Source of the DNA: Torpedo marmorata
Lineage: Eukaryota
Assembly: GCA_977017645.1 (NCBI GenBank)
Contig: OZ360242.1
Location: 37,882,001-37,946,000, forward strand
Reading direction: 5' to 3'
DNA length: 64,000 bases
Shown: piece after piece, positions 61,281 to 64,000 of the stretch
How positions within the stretch are numbered: the first letter of the stretch is position 1
How the letters are laid out: each line of letters begins with the position of its first letter
Translations under genes and position numbers: made by a program
The notes under the pieces: generated by a model
Told to the model about the DNA's origin: nothing
What the model saw: the letters and a program-made list of their open reading frames with translations, nothing else
Databases searched by the model: none

Positions 61281-64000
61281 TTGCAGTTTACAAGAGTGAG
61301 GGTTGAGCTTGTTCAAACGTATAAGATCTTAAGGAACTTGATTAGGTAGAGGTTTGAGATTTTTTTTGCAAATGGAGAGTCATGAACATGGGGGCAGTTA
61401 TTTAAAACTGAGGTTGTCTATTTTAAATATTGTCCATTTCTCCCAGTCTAAAGCTGTGAGCTCACAGAATTTGATTTGTGACCTTAACAAAATAGAAGCT
61501 AACTTATATTAATTGATTATGGGCAGGATCTGAATTTTAATTTCACAATGCAAAAGACATGAAGGAAAAGTGTCCATTAACAACAGTGAGGATATAGCGT
61601 GTATATAAATTGCACTTCCTCTACAAATTGTCGAATCTCACTGCTGATAATAAGGGTTACGTTTGTGTTTTCAGCTCTTCCGACAGCAACTGAAATCATG
61701 ATTGATTGAATGAATGATTGAAATAGATCACTCCATAAGCAATTAAGGCACATTTTCACCAAGGCATAGAGTTATATGTAGCTAGCAGTAATTTGCCTTG
61801 CAGTTGCTTTCAGGACTCTTACATTTCCTTTTTGACCATGTGTTGCTGTAAAATGAAAAGATTTAAGAAGCTTTGTTTGCTCTTTTAACTGCTTGCATTA
61901 ATGTAGTTTTATTCAAATACCACCAGGTGCTGCCAAAGTCTACGAGAGCTCATGCAATATTTTGAAGAAGAGTGAAGTGCAAATATACAATAAAAAGAGT
62001 AATATGGAATTTAGTTAATAGATAAAGTCAAGAAAGAAAACTCCTGGCAAGGGTTGGTGTAACATTCAACATCAAATAGGTTAGGACAAAGTAATTATTT
62101 TCTCTAATTATTTTATGTGGTAAAACTGTGACATGAACTGTAAAACATTTAATGTGTCTAAACATAAGCCCCTGCTGGGCATCAGTGAAAGAGATTGAGT
62201 TGTTTAATTGCATCTATTTAAGGTGAGCCCTCACATTCAGATTTAATTTATTATAATTATTTATTTCATGAAGCAAGCATGAGTCAAGTAATTAAATTAG
62301 AGCTTTGCCTAGAGGTTATCTTGAGAGTTTCTGAGTACTTTTGATCCTTTCCATAGAGAAGGGATGACAGAAACAATTTCACTGCAGGAATCTCATAAAT
62401 GTGCGAGGTTAACATCTCATCTTCAGTTATTAAGGTTTTAACAAGCAGAACGGAAGCAGTGTACATTTATCTCAAGACAAGGGAACGCTATATAATGTGG
62501 CCGCTTATTTTAAAAACCTCAGGTGATGCCACATTCAACAATGTGAATTTATTCACTGAAATGAAGGAAATTAAATATTAATTTTGCCAAATTTTACAAG
62601 GTCTGCTTCAAAGTTGGCTATTTATTTGGAGCATCATTTTTGGCTCGGACTTCTTGAGGTTGAAGTTAATTGGGTGAAAGTCACTGCAGGATTTGAGCAC
62701 AATACTGTGTGGGCGAGGCTAGAATTTCTCTTGTGTCCCACAAAGCAGTTGTGTGTTTAGCAAATGGATTATGTCAAAATCCACCCACTGTGTATGCAGT
62801 GCACCTGCGAGTATTTAATTTGGGTCCTTTTGTGGACATGACAGGCATATGCCTGGAGGCCATTGGGCTTGCTCAATGGTGTCAATCAACATGTGCTGAT
62901 CAGTTGTGTGAAGTTCTATCCTGCATCTGAGACTTGTAAGAATCACAGGCTTTAAACAATGATGCAGGTCTTAACTCTTTCCTCCACATTATGCACCAAC
63001 CCATAATTTCTTCAGCAGTTTTTCCTCCATGGTTATCGCCACAACCTCCTCTCCCAATCTGTCCAAAGATTATTTGATTCTCTTGTGTCAACAAATATGA
63101 TGTGTGGGACACTTATGTGTGTGTAAAAAAAAATGTTTCCCTCCATTGCATCTCAGAACTTCTTTTGCTATGAAGTGCTTGTGATAAAATGGGGTTACAG
63201 AGGGCTACATGTAAATGCAATCTTTTTTTCCATTTCTGCTCAAGAAAAGTTACTACATTATTGTTATTATATGAAAAGTCATGGTCTGTGAGCTTTAATA
63301 ATAAGTACAACCACAAACCAAAATCAACATATTTCAGCATAAAATAGGCTCTAGGCTTGCACAGTGTGATACTGCAAAAGACTAATAAAAGGAAAAACTT
63401 GTTCAATTGACTTTATGGACCATTCTGCCACAGTTGATAAAAATTTCCAATTGTTTTTTTTTGTCACGTTTCCCTGTTTGAAAATTAATTTATATCTTCA
63501 ATTCCTAAAATGTTCTTTTTGACATCCATATGCAGTTGATGTTTAGAACCATTTGTTGCCAAGGTTACAAAATATTTTTTGCACTCTTCTTGGGATGTGT
63601 TACATATCGATTGTTTCTAAATGACATTATCCATAGTTGTCATTTTTAGGATTATTAGGTAAAAAAATCTCATTGTTCCTTGCTGTAATTATTAGCTATT
63701 TCTTTGATGGAACTTTATGGGAGTAATTATATGTCCACAATGTGCCAAAAATGAATTTTCCAAGTATTGTAAGATTTGAGGGCAGATGAGAGAGGCAGAA
63801 CTTGACTAGTGTATTCAGGCATGGTGAGCAGAATGGGCACAGAGTCATCAAGTTAATCTAATCAATGGTGGATTGAGTGATGCTGTGATGTGATTTTTAT
63901 CAGTCTGAATTTAATGTAAATCCTGTTGCAGCAGCACTGCTTGATATGCCCGCAGCTTTGTACTGATCAGTGGAAAAACCCTTCAGTAACAGTTCAGTGA

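Overview
This is AT-rich vertebrate nuclear DNA. The repeat complement (HE1/V-SINE-type SINEs, CR1, Rex1, Tx1/L1, Penelope-like elements) points to a cartilaginous fish, which is an inference. No host protein-coding exon, rRNA or tRNA gene could be recognised, so the window looks intronic or intergenic. It is dominated by degraded, often nested transposons and has one assembly gap (53278-53523). The strongest signal is a family of Penelope-like element (PLE) terminal repeats carrying a minimal hammerhead-ribozyme motif with a U3 core variant (UUGANGA-A-GGGC-loop-GCCY-GAAACGUC). It occurs as an inverted pair in one TSD-flanked element, as a 116-bp solo insertion with its own TSD, and as several decayed copies. 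Other notable structures are a twin-primed inverted L1, a multi-level nested insertion inside a pogo transposon, two short locally templated duplications, and a MITE with a 69-bp internal hairpin. All family calls come from reading motifs by eye; no database search was run.
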